DNA of 64,000 bases from a virus (IMGVR_UViG_3300022752_005266:2011-66010), one strand, 5' to 3'. Numbered from the stretch's first letter, positions 28,238 to 37,559 are shown. Notes: generated from the letters alone by a model not told the origin. A program made the numbers and translations.

Positions 28238-29979
28238 ATCTCGGACAGCTGATTGACCGTCACCGCCGCTACTACGAGCGCGTCGAGAAGAAGAACTTCG
28301 ACAAGGCCCGCCGGTACTACCGCGGCGAGTTCTACGTCTCGCGAAACGACGTGAACCTTGCGGACGGCTCCATCCCGTCGTTCCTCTGCTCGAAAAACAT
28401 GATCTACGCCATCGCCGACACGGCGATCAGCGCGCTGCTCGGGCCGAACCCGAAGGTCGCCGCGAACCCGCGCAACCAGCAGAGCCAGGGCGCCATTCCG
28501 CTCGTCAACGGCCTCCTGGAGTACACGTTCGACGCGAACAAGATGCGGCGTCGTGCCGCTACGGCGCTCATCGACGCAGTGCTCTGCAAGCGCGGCGTGT
28601 TCAAGACGGGCTGGAACGTGGCGGCCGACCAGCCGCTCGTTCGCGTCCTGGAGCCCGGTGCGGTCTTCTTCGACCAGACGGTGCGCGATCCGGACGACAT
28701 CCGCTACTGGCTCGAAGCTGCGGTCATCCCCTACACCGAGTTCAAGCGGCGCGTGCAGAGCGGCGCGTACCGGTCATCGAAACTGGAGGACGTGACTCCG
28801 GACCGGTATCCGAAGTGGATCACCGACAACTACAAGAACACCGAAGGCGCCCAGCTCCGCGATGCGTTCGAGTGGGTCACGGTGTGGGAGTACTACGACC
28901 GTGAGTCGAACAAGGTCACGCACTACGTGAAGCAGGCCGATGCGGTCGTGTTCGAGCAGGAGCTCGACTATGTGCCGTACTCGATGTTCTCGCTGAACCA
29001 GTCAGCGGTCGATTGCATGGGCCTCTCCGAGGTCCAGCTCGTCCTGAATCAGCAGGAGACGATCAACGACCTGCTCACGCACATGAAGCAGATCGTTTAC
29101 CTCATGATTCCTCGCATTCTTTTCAACAGCGAGTTGATCACCGAGGAAGATCTGAATAAGGCTGTAGAAGCAGCCGCGGGGTCGTTCGTCCCGGTCAGCC
29201 CGACGAACGCCGAGGGCCTTCGCACGCTCTCGACGCTGTTCTACGAGATGCCGCTGCCGCAGGTGCCGGTGGGCGTCGAGAACTTCATCGCCCGGCAGGA
29301 GAGCGACGCGGCGTTCATCTCGGCGCTTGCCGAGGCGGCGCGCGGGCAGGTGGCCGGGGCCCGGACCGCGACGGAGATGGCGATCATCGACGCGCAGATG
29401 CGAACCCGTCTCGCGACGCGCGAGGGGCACATCAACGGCGCGCTCGAAGACGTGGCGGAGAAGTGCTTCTACCTGTCGAAGAAGTACATGAAGGAGCCGA
29501 AGCTCGTCCAGGTGTCGGGCCATGAGGGATGGAGCGAGGTGTCGCTTGCCGACATCCGGGACGTCGACGTGAACTTCTCGATGGTGTCGTACAACCCCAT
29601 CCGCCAGAACCCGTCGGTGCTCTCCGAGACGCTGCTCAAGCTGTTCCCGATCCTGGCCCAGGACCAGAACATCAACAAGCGCGCGCTCCTGGAGGAGCTC
29701 GTCACCGGCGTCGGGCTGTCGACGCGCCTCCTCGTTCCGAAGGAAGAGGTCGAGGCGCAGGAGCAGGCGGCCCAGCAGATGATGATGGCCCAGATGATGG
29801 GCGCCGCGGGTGGTGGTCTGCCGGGCGCGGGCGGTCCTCCGCCGGGTGCCGAGGGTGGCATGCCCCCCGGCGCGCCGCCGGCCGAAGTTCCCTCCGTGGG
29901 CGCCACCGAGGCGGCAACGCAGAACGTGCCGTCTGACGTCATGGCGGCCATGGGCCCCACCCCCGTCCCTGTTGCGTAG
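28234..29979 (+). CDS. portal protein
   Basis: ATGA overlap with terL; 'GVFKTGW', 'VTVWEYYD', 'ARTATE' and a Q/M/P-rich tail, typical of podovirus portals. Confidence 0.85.
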   Translation: MNLGQLIDRHRRYYERVEKKNFDKARRYYRGEFYVSRNDVNLADGSIPSFLCSKNMIYAIADTAISALLGPNPKVAANPRNQQSQGAIPLVNGLLEYTFDANKMRRRAATALIDAVLCKRGVFKTGWNVAADQPLVRVLEPGAVFFDQTVRDPDDIRYWLEAAVIPYTEFKRRVQSGAYRSSKLEDVTPDRYPKWITDNYKNTEGAQLRDAFEWVTVWEYYDRESNKVTHYVKQADAVVFEQELDYVPYSMFSLNQSAVDCMGLSEVQLVLNQQETINDLLTHMKQIVYLMIPRILFNSELITEEDLNKAVEAAAGSFVPVSPTNAEGLRTLSTLFYEMPLPQVPVGVENFIARQESDAAFISALAEAARGQVAGARTATEMAIIDAQMRTRLATREGHINGALEDVAEKCFYLSKKYMKEPKLVQVSGHEGWSEVSLADIRDVDVNFSMVSYNPIRQNPSVLSETLLKLFPILAQDQNINKRALLEELVTGVGLSTRLLVPKEEVEAQEQAAQQMMMAQMMGAAGGGLPGAGGPPPGAEGGMPPGAPPAEVPSVGATEAATQNVPSDVMAAMGPTPVPVA

Positions 29980-29987
29980 GAAAGACC

Positions 29988-30437
29988 ATGCCGATTCACG
30001 ACATCCGCTGCCTTGAGTGCGACCACATCGAGTCCGACGTCTTCGTTGTCGTCGGTCAGCTGCCGCCCTGCGATCTTTGCGGCTACCCGACGAAGATCGA
30101 CTGGAGCCATGGCAAGGGCCCGGCGGTCCGCGGCCAGGGTTACGGCTCCTTCACGCCGATCGACATGGGCGTGCTCGGCAAGGCGGAGACGAAGGAAGAC
30201 TACGACCGCGCCGTGTCGGTCATCCAGCAGCGCTTCCCCGGCCACCGCATCGAGCTGGAGAGCGAGTCGAAGTCGAAGAAGCAGGAGCGCATCGACGCGA
30301 TTCGCCAGCGCTCCTACGAGGTGAAGAAGCAGCGGGGTCTGACCGAGAACGAACTCCGCCAGCGCTCCAACGAGGCGGTCGCCGAGAAGGAAGGCAAGGC
30401 GACGAAGATCATGTCGAAGCCCGCGGTGTCGGCATGA
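29988..30437 (+). CDS. FmdB-like zinc-ribbon protein
   Basis: 'MPIHDIRCLECDH...CDLCG'. Confidence 0.7.
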   Translation: MPIHDIRCLECDHIESDVFVVVGQLPPCDLCGYPTKIDWSHGKGPAVRGQGYGSFTPIDMGVLGKAETKEDYDRAVSVIQQRFPGHRIELESESKSKKQERIDAIRQRSYEVKKQRGLTENELRQRSNEAVAEKEGKATKIMSKPAVSA

Positions 30438-30670
30438 GGGTCGACGTCGAGACGGCCCGTCGCCGCGCCGAAGGTCGGCACCGCCAGATTCGCATCGTCG
30501 GCGCGTTCGGTACGCAAGACATGTCGGTGCTGGAGGACCGGATGACCGGTGAACGGCGCCGCGTGCCGAACAAGTGGCTGCTCCTCGCGCAGTCCCCAGC
30601 CGTGGCGTTCGAGATGGCGCCGGCCGGTCCTGGTTTCGAGGACGAAGCGCCTGCCCCTGATGAAGAGTAG
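30434..30670 (+). CDS. hypothetical protein
   Basis: ATGA overlap with the previous gene; MRVDVETARR... Confidence 0.55.
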   Translation: MRVDVETARRRAEGRHRQIRIVGAFGTQDMSVLEDRMTGERRRVPNKWLLLAQSPAVAFEMAPAGPGFEDEAPAPDEE

Positions 30671-30732
30671 CGAACCGGGTCGCGACTCTTTCTCTACCTT
30701 CCCGGTTTCATCAAACCACGTTAGGAGATACC

Positions 30733-31227
30733 ATGGCCGAGATGACTGACATGAAGATGCCGCCGGGCGGCATCGTGCCCCGCCGCGACGTCAAGCCGCT
30801 TGCTGATCAGATCGATGCGATTCTGAGCGGTGCGCCGGGCGCCGAGGGTGTGGGTACGCCGGTCGAGGGCGCGCCGAAGGAGCCGGAAGGCGGGCCCCGT
30901 GCCTCGATGACCGCCGGTGAGGCGGAGCGCGAGATCGAGGAGTCGCCGACCGACGTGAGCATCATCGCCGAGACGCTCGGCGTGTCGATGGAGAAGGCGC
31001 AGGCCCTCTACGACGCCGCGATGATGATGCCGAAGTTCGAGGGCAAGAGCCCCGCCGAGGTGGCTGACATGCTGGAGAAGGACATGAACCTTCGCATGCA
31101 GCTGGAGAAGAACATGGGCGCCAGCGAGGATTCGATGGCCCGGAAGGCGATGGCGGCGGAGGGCATGAAGGCTCCCGCGGCTGCGCCTCCCCCGATGGAG
31201 CCGACGCCCGCTGGGGCCAAGAAGTAG
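30733..31227 (+). CDS. hypothetical acidic Met-rich protein
   Basis: AGGAGA RBS; 164 aa. Confidence 0.7.
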   Translation: MAEMTDMKMPPGGIVPRRDVKPLADQIDAILSGAPGAEGVGTPVEGAPKEPEGGPRASMTAGEAEREIEESPTDVSIIAETLGVSMEKAQALYDAAMMMPKFEGKSPAEVADMLEKDMNLRMQLEKNMGASEDSMARKAMAAEGMKAPAAAPPPMEPTPAGAKK

Positions 31228-31239
31228 CCAGGAGGTAGG

Positions 31240-32118
31240 ATGTTCGAGCCCGCGAATGAAGAAGAAGCTGAAACCACGGAAACCGAAGAGTCCATCGAGT
31301 CGATGGACGCCGGCCCGGTCGAGGAAGCACCTGCGGTCTTCGACTGGAATGGAGAGCTGGACGCCCTTTCGAAGGCGGACTGGTTCGGGCGCGTCGGCGA
31401 CGAGGGACTGCGGAACACTCTCGTTCGCGGGTTCGAGTCCAAGTACCGGAACTTCGAACGCGGCTTCACCAAGGCGTTCCAGGACACGGCTGCCCGACGC
31501 AAGGAGATCGAGCGTCGGGAAGCCAAGCTCCGCGAAGACGAGATGCGCATCCAGCGCTGGATGACCGGCGACGCCGATCCGATGGCGGAGAAGCAGCGCG
31601 AGATCGACCAGCTCAAGGCGGCGCACGACGCCGCCCTGGAGACGCTGCGCAACGAGTACGAGCAGGCGCAGCGCCGAGCCGCAGACGAGTGGACCGGCAA
31701 GTACGGCTCGGCCGAGCGGGAGCGCGACGAGCTCCGTCAGCGGCTGGAGTCGTTCGAGTACGAGGCCAAGCAGGCCGAGGAGCGCCAGATTGAGCAGGCC
31801 GTCACCGAGGTGGAGGACTGGCTCAAGAGCGAGGCGGCGGATGTCTACGACAACGACGACGCCTTCTACGCCTTCACGGTGCTTTGCACCGGCGGCCTCG
31901 ACCCCGAGGACGCCGTCACGATGGTCCGCGCCAAGTTCGGACCGCCGCCGCCTCCGGAGCCGGAGCCCGTGCCCGAGGCGATGAACCTGATGAACCTCGG
32001 CCCGAGCCGTGGCACCGGCACGACGCAGATGGAGAACCGCTCCTACAAGGAGATCATGGACTCCATGCGCCGCGCTGCCCAGGCCGACGAGTCGCAGTTC
32101 TACAATCCTCGCCGTTGA
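31240..32118 (+). CDS. capsid scaffolding protein
   Basis: Acidic N-terminus, coiled coil, and 'FERGFTKAFQDTAARRKE' resembling the scaffold YTxKxQxxAxxRK motif. Confidence 0.7.
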   Translation: MFEPANEEEAETTETEESIESMDAGPVEEAPAVFDWNGELDALSKADWFGRVGDEGLRNTLVRGFESKYRNFERGFTKAFQDTAARRKEIERREAKLREDEMRIQRWMTGDADPMAEKQREIDQLKAAHDAALETLRNEYEQAQRRAADEWTGKYGSAERERDELRQRLESFEYEAKQAEERQIEQAVTEVEDWLKSEAADVYDNDDAFYAFTVLCTGGLDPEDAVTMVRAKFGPPPPPEPEPVPEAMNLMNLGPSRGTGTTQMENRSYKEIMDSMRRAAQADESQFYNPRR

Positions 32119-32143
32119 CAGGCCGGCGTCTCTACGGTACAAT
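32115..32143 (+). promoter_or_regulatory. near-consensus sigma70 promoter
   Basis: TTGACA-17-TACAAT. Confidence 0.8.
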
Positions 32144-32149
32144 CCGTTC

Positions 32150-32226
32150 GGGCCAGATGCGGGTTTCTGGTCCGGGGTTGGTGTAGGGTTTAACAGCCGG
32201 GAGGGGCGACTCTCCCGGCTGTTTCA
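32150..32226 (+). ncRNA. candidate small RNA
   Basis: Lies between a consensus promoter and a strong hairpin, has a 5' hairpin and a G/U-rich linker, and contains no credible ORF. Confidence 0.55.
32193..32226. terminator. hairpin, probably a bidirectional terminator
   Basis: AACAGCCGGGAG...CTCCCGGCTGTT between convergent transcription units. Confidence 0.7.
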
Positions 32227-32229
32227 CTT

Positions 32230-32388
32230 CTACTTGCCGCCGATCTTGACCTTGACCTTGACGACCGGCTTCTTCTCCAGCTTGGAGGGGTCGACCTTGC
32301 CGCGCTTGTCGGGGATGCCGTTCATCTCCTTCTGCGCGTCGATCGTGTCCTTCTTCAGGCGGCTGAGGATGTCGTAGTAGTCCATCAT
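32230..32388 (-). CDS. small Lys-rich protein (52 aa)
   Basis: AAGGAG RBS; MMDYYDILSRLKK...KIGGK. Confidence 0.55.
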   Translation of the reverse strand: MMDYYDILSRLKKDTIDAQKEMNGIPDKRGKVDPSKLEKKPVVKVKVKIGGK

Positions 32389-32391
32389 GGC

Positions 32392-33024
32392 TCACTCCTT
32401 CGAGGGGATGCTCTGCCGGAGCTTCTCGGTGGGGTTCACCGTTTCGAAGAAGCGCGCGGTGTTCTCCCCGCGATTAAGCTTCTCCTGCATGATGCTCATC
32501 AGGGCCGCGTACTCCCGGGCCTTTGGCCCGAACGGAGACGGCTGCTGGCTGTGGCCACGAAGATTCGTCTCGCCGCTGTGGTACGCGACACCCAGAACCG
32601 GGTAATCCTCGCCGAACTTCTTCTTCATGTCGCGAAGGTACTCGGCCGCGCCGCGGATGGAGTCCTCGACGCTGTCCGGATTGATCTTGTAGGCCTTCTG
32701 AACAAGCGACCTGACCTGCGCGATGCCCTTTGCGCCCTTGTCGGACGACACATACTCGCCCGGCGTCGTGTTTCCGCGCTGCTCGACGGCGATGACCGCC
32801 ATCAGCAGCTTCGGGTCGATGCCCGCCATGTCCGCGTACTTGCGGATGAACCCCTCGTTCGGCTTGACGTGCAACTCCATCGCGCGGTCGAGGTTGGCTT
32901 CTTCGCCCTTCACCGTGTCGTCCTGGCGGAAGTCCTGCACTTCGCGCATGACGCGGTCGGCGGCCATCGCCTGACGCTTCGCGGCGGAGATCGGCGGCTC
33001 TTCGGTAGTCTTCTTGTCGGCCAT
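32392..33024 (-). CDS. lytic transglycosylase (SLT domain)
   Basis: 'IDPKLLMAVIAVE', 'SDKGAKGIAQV', 'SIRGAAEYL' and 'AYHSG' SLT motifs. Confidence 0.85.
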   Translation of the reverse strand: MADKKTTEEPPISAAKRQAMAADRVMREVQDFRQDDTVKGEEANLDRAMELHVKPNEGFIRKYADMAGIDPKLLMAVIAVEQRGNTTPGEYVSSDKGAKGIAQVRSLVQKAYKINPDSVEDSIRGAAEYLRDMKKKFGEDYPVLGVAYHSGETNLRGHSQQPSPFGPKAREYAALMSIMQEKLNRGENTARFFETVNPTEKLRQSIPSKE

Positions 33025-33025
33025 G

Positions 33026-33460
33026 TCAGTACTTCATCGGCTTGGACTTGAGGAACGCTGGGACGGGCTTCTTCGCTTTCGGGGCGTCGAGCTTCATGAG
33101 CGGCTCTTCTTCGGTCGGCTCCTCGGCGTGCCCCGACTCGGGGTTGAACTTGAGGTAGTCATGCACCGAGTCGAGGTAGCTGTCGCAGACGGTGATCTTC
33201 TGCTTCACCCACTCCGGAAGCTCGCAGCCCTCGCTCATGTCGTGGATGGACTGCGCCTTGGACGCGATGGATCGCAGGTTGCCCTGCACCATGGTGACGC
33301 CCTCGTCTTCGTCCTCAGCGTCGTAGCTACCGGCCTCGCCGCCGTTGTCGAACATGCCGCCCTTCGGCATCTCGGCGTCCATCGGACCCATCGCCATGCC
33401 CTCGGACTCGCCCATCGGGTCGAAGAACCCGCTGGGGCCCGCGGCCTTCTTCTTCGCCAT
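33026..33460 (-). CDS. acidic hypothetical phage protein
   Basis: 'LPEWVKQKITVCDSYLDSVHDYL' is a recurrent phage motif; probable start MAKKK. Confidence 0.6.
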   Translation of the reverse strand: MAKKKAAGPSGFFDPMGESEGMAMGPMDAEMPKGGMFDNGGEAGSYDAEDEDEGVTMVQGNLRSIASKAQSIHDMSEGCELPEWVKQKITVCDSYLDSVHDYLKFNPESGHAEEPTEEEPLMKLDAPKAKKPVPAFLKSKPMKY

Positions 33461-33567
33461 GATCAAAATCGTCGCGGGTCCGTGCATGAAAGCCTCGATT
33501 CTGGTGTATGCTACCATCGCCATGAAGTGTCTGCAATCACGCGGCACTGGAATCTTGGAGGTTGGTC

Positions 33568-34104
33568 ATGGCTGCATATGGTTGGATCACTCGTAAGTTC
33601 ATTCGTTACGGCGAAGTCATCACGGAGCACCTCGCTACTTCGTCCGTCACCTCGGCGAAGCTCGCCTCGGGTGCGGTCGGTGCGACCGCCATCGCCAGCG
33701 GCTCGATCGCGGGCGCGAAGATCGCGAACGTGGCGACCGCCACGGGCGCCGGTACTCCGACGGCGGTGACGCCGGGTGTCCCGGTTGTCGTGGCGCTCAA
33801 CATCACGGACGCGGGGTCCTCCGCGGTTTTCGACTTCACCATGCCGTTCAAGTGCAAGGTGATCGACGCGTACATCATTCAGGTGGGCGCGGGTAACGCC
33901 GGTAACGCGGTCGTCATCAAGAACGCCGCAGGGACCGCCATCTCCAGCAGCATGAACAACGCTGCGGACAAGGCCCTCACGCGCACCACGAGCATCGACA
34001 CGGCGAACAGCACCATCGCTGCCGCTGCGGTGCTGAAGGTGGACGTGACGCGTGTTGCCGGCGCCAACGTGAACGTGTACGTCACGGTCATTCCGATCGC
34101 CTAA
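33568..34104 (+). CDS. putative virion/decoration protein
   Basis: GGAGG RBS; 'SSVTSAKLASGAV...GSIAGAKIA' repeats; has its own promoter and terminator. Confidence 0.65.
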   Translation: MAAYGWITRKFIRYGEVITEHLATSSVTSAKLASGAVGATAIASGSIAGAKIANVATATGAGTPTAVTPGVPVVVALNITDAGSSAVFDFTMPFKCKVIDAYIIQVGAGNAGNAVVIKNAAGTAISSSMNNAADKALTRTTSIDTANSTIAAAAVLKVDVTRVAGANVNVYVTVIPIA

Positions 34105-34118
34105 ACGGCGATGCGGTG

Positions 34119-34160
34119 AGGCCTGCCGGGGTTTCGTGCCTCGGCAGGCCTTCTTTCCTT
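34119..34160 (+). terminator. intrinsic terminator
   Basis: AGGCCTGCCG...CGGCAGGCCT followed by TCTTTCCTT. Confidence 0.7.
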
Positions 34161-35064
34161 AGCTGTTGGCCCACTTCGTCGGGACGACGTGCCCCGGACC
34201 CCACGGCGTGGTCTGGACGGCGATGCGACGGCCGCTCTTGTCGGCCCCTGGGAAGGCCGCGAGGTCCTGAAGACGCTTCTCGGGGCACCAATAGAAGTAA
34301 ATCGGGGTGCCATCGACCATTCCCCAGTACCGGAACCAGCCATTTTGGCTGTAATAGTCGTGCAGAACCGCCTCCGGGACCGGGATCTTGTCGCTCGGGC
34401 TGCATTTCGTCCAGCCTTCGGGCGTTTCGTACACGTCGGCGTCCGGATCGGGCGTCGGAATGACGTCTTCGGGGCCCGGATCGGCCGATTTCGCCGCGAT
34501 TTCGGGCTTTCCGGCGCCGTTTTTGGTCGAATGCGCCCGCTGAAGCGCGTCCAGACCCCGGATCAAGGCCATCCGACCCACCGTTTCCGCCGAAACTTCG
34601 ACGCCCAGCTCCTTGACATGCGGGAGCGCCTTGATAGTAGGAATAAGCGCCTCGATCTGTGCCTGAATATCTGGTTCGAGCGTGAGCACGAGCATGCTCT
34701 TGGCGGCCGGCCCGCTCTTTGTGACGGTCCAACCGCGCACATCGGCCAGTTTCGCCGGCTCGGGCGGCGCGATGGGCAGGTTCCAGCGCGACGTTTCGTC
34801 CAGTTCGACGCGCGACGATGCCTTCTCGGGCAAAGAATGGGTGGCCTGCGCGTCAGCGCGGGCCGCCCATTCTTTGAGCTGGCTCATGCCGGTGGGCCCG
34901 ACGCCCGGAATCGCGGAACCCCGCGCACTCGTGGTTGCAGAGGGGGGTGCGTCAGCGCCCCCCTCTCCGGCCAGGAGCGCGTGGATGTCGGTGTCGGTCG
35001 TGATTCCCGCGTTCAGCAGGGAGTTGCGGAGTCGTAAGGGCAAGGGCAGATCGCGGACGTGCAT
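34159..35064 (-). CDS. protein with an N-terminal RNA polymerase alpha-CTD-like (HhH) domain
   Basis: 'VRDLPLPLRLRNSLLNAGITT...IPGVGPTGMSQLKE' matches the alpha-CTD pattern; GGAGG RBS. Confidence 0.6.
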   Translation of the reverse strand: MHVRDLPLPLRLRNSLLNAGITTDTDIHALLAGEGGADAPPSATTSARGSAIPGVGPTGMSQLKEWAARADAQATHSLPEKASSRVELDETSRWNLPIAPPEPAKLADVRGWTVTKSGPAAKSMLVLTLEPDIQAQIEALIPTIKALPHVKELGVEVSAETVGRMALIRGLDALQRAHSTKNGAGKPEIAAKSADPGPEDVIPTPDPDADVYETPEGWTKCSPSDKIPVPEAVLHDYYSQNGWFRYWGMVDGTPIYFYWCPEKRLQDLAAFPGADKSGRRIAVQTTPWGPGHVVPTKWANS

Positions 35065-35615
35065 GGGACCTCCGCGGCGACCATAACGCGGTGGTATGGT
35101 GATTGGCGAGAATCGTGGCGATATTTCTGGGAAAGTGGCGTGGGTCCCTCAACCGTAGCGGTATGGGTGGGGGGATTTTTGCGTGCGTCAGAAAGAGCGC
35201 TCCCAGAATGGGGTCCCCATTGTGTTTCCGGCGGGTGTGGTGCCTTGCCTCGATGTTGTTGTTGATTCGGCGTTGTCTCTTCGACAACGCTGTCTGCCCC
35301 GCGAGGCTCCGGCGGTCGGGGCAGCCGAGGGCGGCTGCCGCGGTGGGGTGGGCGGGCGGACGGCGGCGGGCGGTCCGTCCCAGCGCGGCGCCGCGGCGGA
35401 GGAGCGCTCGGCGCGGCGGGCCGTCGTGGTCCGTCGTGCCCGCCAACCGGCGGGGAGGAGCGGCGGCTCACCGGGCGACCGTCACGGCCCGCCGGTTCCC
35501 CCGCGACTCCCGCCGCGGCTGCGCCGCAGCGCTCCCCGCGGGGTCAGGGTAGACGCCGCGGCGGCGGAGCGGCGGCGCGCCCCGTGCCCTTGACGGCGGA
35601 TCGCGCGTAGCCGCA

Positions 35616-35690
35616 CTGGGAAGCGCTACAGGACACGTCAACCACGGGGGTATACCTACCCCTTGCCTACCCCGTCCGCGTGCCTTCCAG
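35616..35690. repeat. 75-bp element, copy A
   Basis: CTGGGAAGCG...TATACCTACCCC...TGCCTTCCAG; aligns without gaps to 39190-39264. Confidence 0.6.
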
Positions 35691-35760
35691 CGTGTTTTGC
35701 AGGTTCAAGGCCGATTCTTCGAGGCGCCGATCTCGAGGTGGGGGCGCCGCGGCGTGGAGC

Positions 35761-35789
35761 TTGACGGGTCGACCGCCCCGGTATAGCTT
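35761..35789 (+). promoter_or_regulatory. early sigma70 promoter
   Basis: TTGACG-17-TAGCTT; near copy at 37815. Confidence 0.7.
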
Positions 35790-35846
35790 GACGGTGCGGG
35801 GTCCGATCCCCCGCTGTTCCCTCACTCAAGCAACGGAGTCTCCACC

Positions 35847-36197
35847 ATGGCCACCGCTTCCTTTCATCCCCTCTCGTTCGCCGATGACACCCTGTGGGAC
35901 GCCGCGGAGAAGCTCGCCGAGCGTGCGGACGCGGCCGATCGCGCCGCGCGGCGCTGCGAGGACCGCGCGCGGTCGATCGCGGGCGCCGATCCGCGCGGAA
36001 CGGACGACGCGGCCGAATGGCTCGCCGCGGCCCGGGAGCACACGCGCGCCGCGGCCCTGTACCTCGACGCCGCGGCCCTGTTCCGCGAGAACGGCCACCC
36101 GTGCCTCGGTGGGAACCACGCCGCATGCGCGGAGGAGTCGCTCCGCGACGCGGCCCGCGCCGCCGGGGTCCACGCGTCACTGACAACCACGCGGTAG
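35847..36197 (+). CDS. early hypothetical protein
   Basis: GGAGTC RBS; 116 aa. Confidence 0.65.
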   Translation: MATASFHPLSFADDTLWDAAEKLAERADAADRAARRCEDRARSIAGADPRGTDDAAEWLAAAREHTRAAALYLDAAALFRENGHPCLGGNHAACAEESLRDAARAAGVHASLTTTR

Positions 36198-36300
36198 CCG
36201 CCCCGCATCCCCCCGCGAGGGGGGATGCCGCTCCGAGCCCCGTACCGCGGGGCTCCGACCGGCATCCCGCCGGAACCCAAGCAACGGAGTCTCAATCATG
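36198..36300 (+). repeat. ~102-bp structured intergenic repeat, copy 1
   Basis: Identical to 36741-36842 apart from one extra C; runs from a stop codon to the next ATG. Confidence 0.95.
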
Positions 36301-36510
36301 CCTGCTGCCACCCCCACCACGATCATCGCGTGGGATCCTGAATGGGAGGAGTACACCGTCAAGCGCGGCCGCGCGTCGCACCATACCGACGCGTACGACG
36401 ACGCGGTGCAAACCGCGGCCGTCATGGCCAACGGCGGCGCGATCGTCGACCGCGTGCCGAAGGCGCGCCGGCGCCTCCCGGCATGGCTCGCGGTCGGAGG
36501 TGCGAAGTGA
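36298..36510 (+). CDS. early hypothetical protein
   Basis: RBS and ATG supplied by the repeat; 70 aa. Confidence 0.65.
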   Translation: MPAATPTTIIAWDPEWEEYTVKRGRASHHTDAYDDAVQTAAVMANGGAIVDRVPKARRRLPAWLAVGGAK

Positions 36511-36740
36511 CCGCGGTCGACCCGTCGCACGTCGACGCGTGTCTCAACTACGCCCGCCGCGCGGAGCGGGATGCGCGCAACTACGATCGGCGCGCCGCGC
36601 ACTTCGCGGCGATCGACCCCGACGCCTACGCCGACCTGATCGCGTGGCGCCGCGACGGCGCCCGGTATCACCGCCGGTGGGCGGGCTTTTGGCGCCGGTG
36701 GGCGCGCACCGGGCGCCAACCCCGCCTACCGGTCGAGTAA
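36507..36740 (+). CDS. early hypothetical protein
   Basis: GGAGG RBS, GTGA overlap; MTAVDPSHV... Confidence 0.6.
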   Translation: MTAVDPSHVDACLNYARRAERDARNYDRRAAHFAAIDPDAYADLIAWRRDGARYHRRWAGFWRRWARTGRQPRLPVE

Positions 36741-36842
36741 CCGCCCGCATCCCCCCGCGAGGGGGGATGCCGCTCCGAGCCCCGTACCGCGGGGCTCCGA
36801 CCGGCATCCCGCCGGAACCCAAGCAACGGAGTCTCAATCATG
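36741..36842 (+). repeat. ~102-bp structured intergenic repeat, copy 2
   Basis: Direct repeat of 36198-36300. Confidence 0.95.
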
Positions 36843-37175
36843 CGTTCCCCTGACAACCGCCGCCGCGAGATCGCGCGGTTCCCGATCCCCGGCACCGACG
36901 TGGTGACCGTCGTGACCGTGTCCTACCCCTCGATCAACGGACTGCGCCGCGTCTACTCGGTAAGCGCGCAGCCTACGACGTTCGAGTCGTGGGATCACGG
37001 CACGATCGCCCGCTACGTCCCGTCGGAAGGCTACCGGACGGTGATCGGAGAGGCGCCGCGCTACTCGGCGCGCACGCTCGACACCTACGCGGCGGACCCG
37101 GAAGTGCTCGCGATCGGGCGGCGCATGCACGCGCGGATCCTCGCGGACCGCGGGATCGTCGGAGGTGCGGAGTGA
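36840..37175 (+). CDS. early hypothetical protein
   Basis: RBS and ATG supplied by the repeat; 111 aa. Confidence 0.65.
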   Translation: MRSPDNRRREIARFPIPGTDVVTVVTVSYPSINGLRRVYSVSAQPTTFESWDHGTIARYVPSEGYRTVIGEAPRYSARTLDTYAADPEVLAIGRRMHARILADRGIVGGAE

Positions 37176-37444
37176 CCGCGCGCCCGGTGCGGATCGACAC
37201 CGACGCGCGGAGCGGGAAGCGCTCCGCCGTAGCGGCCGCGTGGCGCCGGATCGAAGCGCTCCGCGTCCGCGGCTACACCGTCGACGCGGACGGGCGGTGG
37301 ACCTACGTTGCGATCGACGACTGGATCGGCGCGCGCAACGGCTACCCGTGGCGCCGTCAACCGGTTGACGGCCCGGTCGATCACGCGCGTGAGATGGCGC
37401 TATGCCGGTACGTCGCGATCGGCGGACACTTTCCGCCCGTGTAG
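37172..37444 (+). CDS. early hypothetical protein
   Basis: GGAGG RBS, GTGA overlap; MTARPVRID... Confidence 0.6.
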   Translation: MTARPVRIDTDARSGKRSAVAAAWRRIEALRVRGYTVDADGRWTYVAIDDWIGARNGYPWRRQPVDGPVDHAREMALCRYVAIGGHFPPV

Positions 37445-37559
37445 CGCTCCGCCCCGCTCCGCCCGCCTTGACGGCCCGCCCGGTAACCCCGCGGCGGGCC
37501 GTTCGCGTTGGGGCGCCGCGGCCCCGTAGCGCGCGCCGGCGGGGCCGCGCGCAGCGCGC

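Noticed and set aside
32150-32226. tRNA, given the ~77-nt length
   Set aside because: No cloverleaf, no TTC T-loop and no acceptor stem pairing the two ends.
35064-35760. Short ORFs called in this interval and in 39202-39609
   Set aside because: No RBS, low-complexity Arg/Pro/Gly translations; more consistent with non-coding DNA.
36198-36842. Possible CRISPR array
   Set aside because: Only two ~102-bp repeats separated by ~440 bp of coding sequence; wrong geometry.
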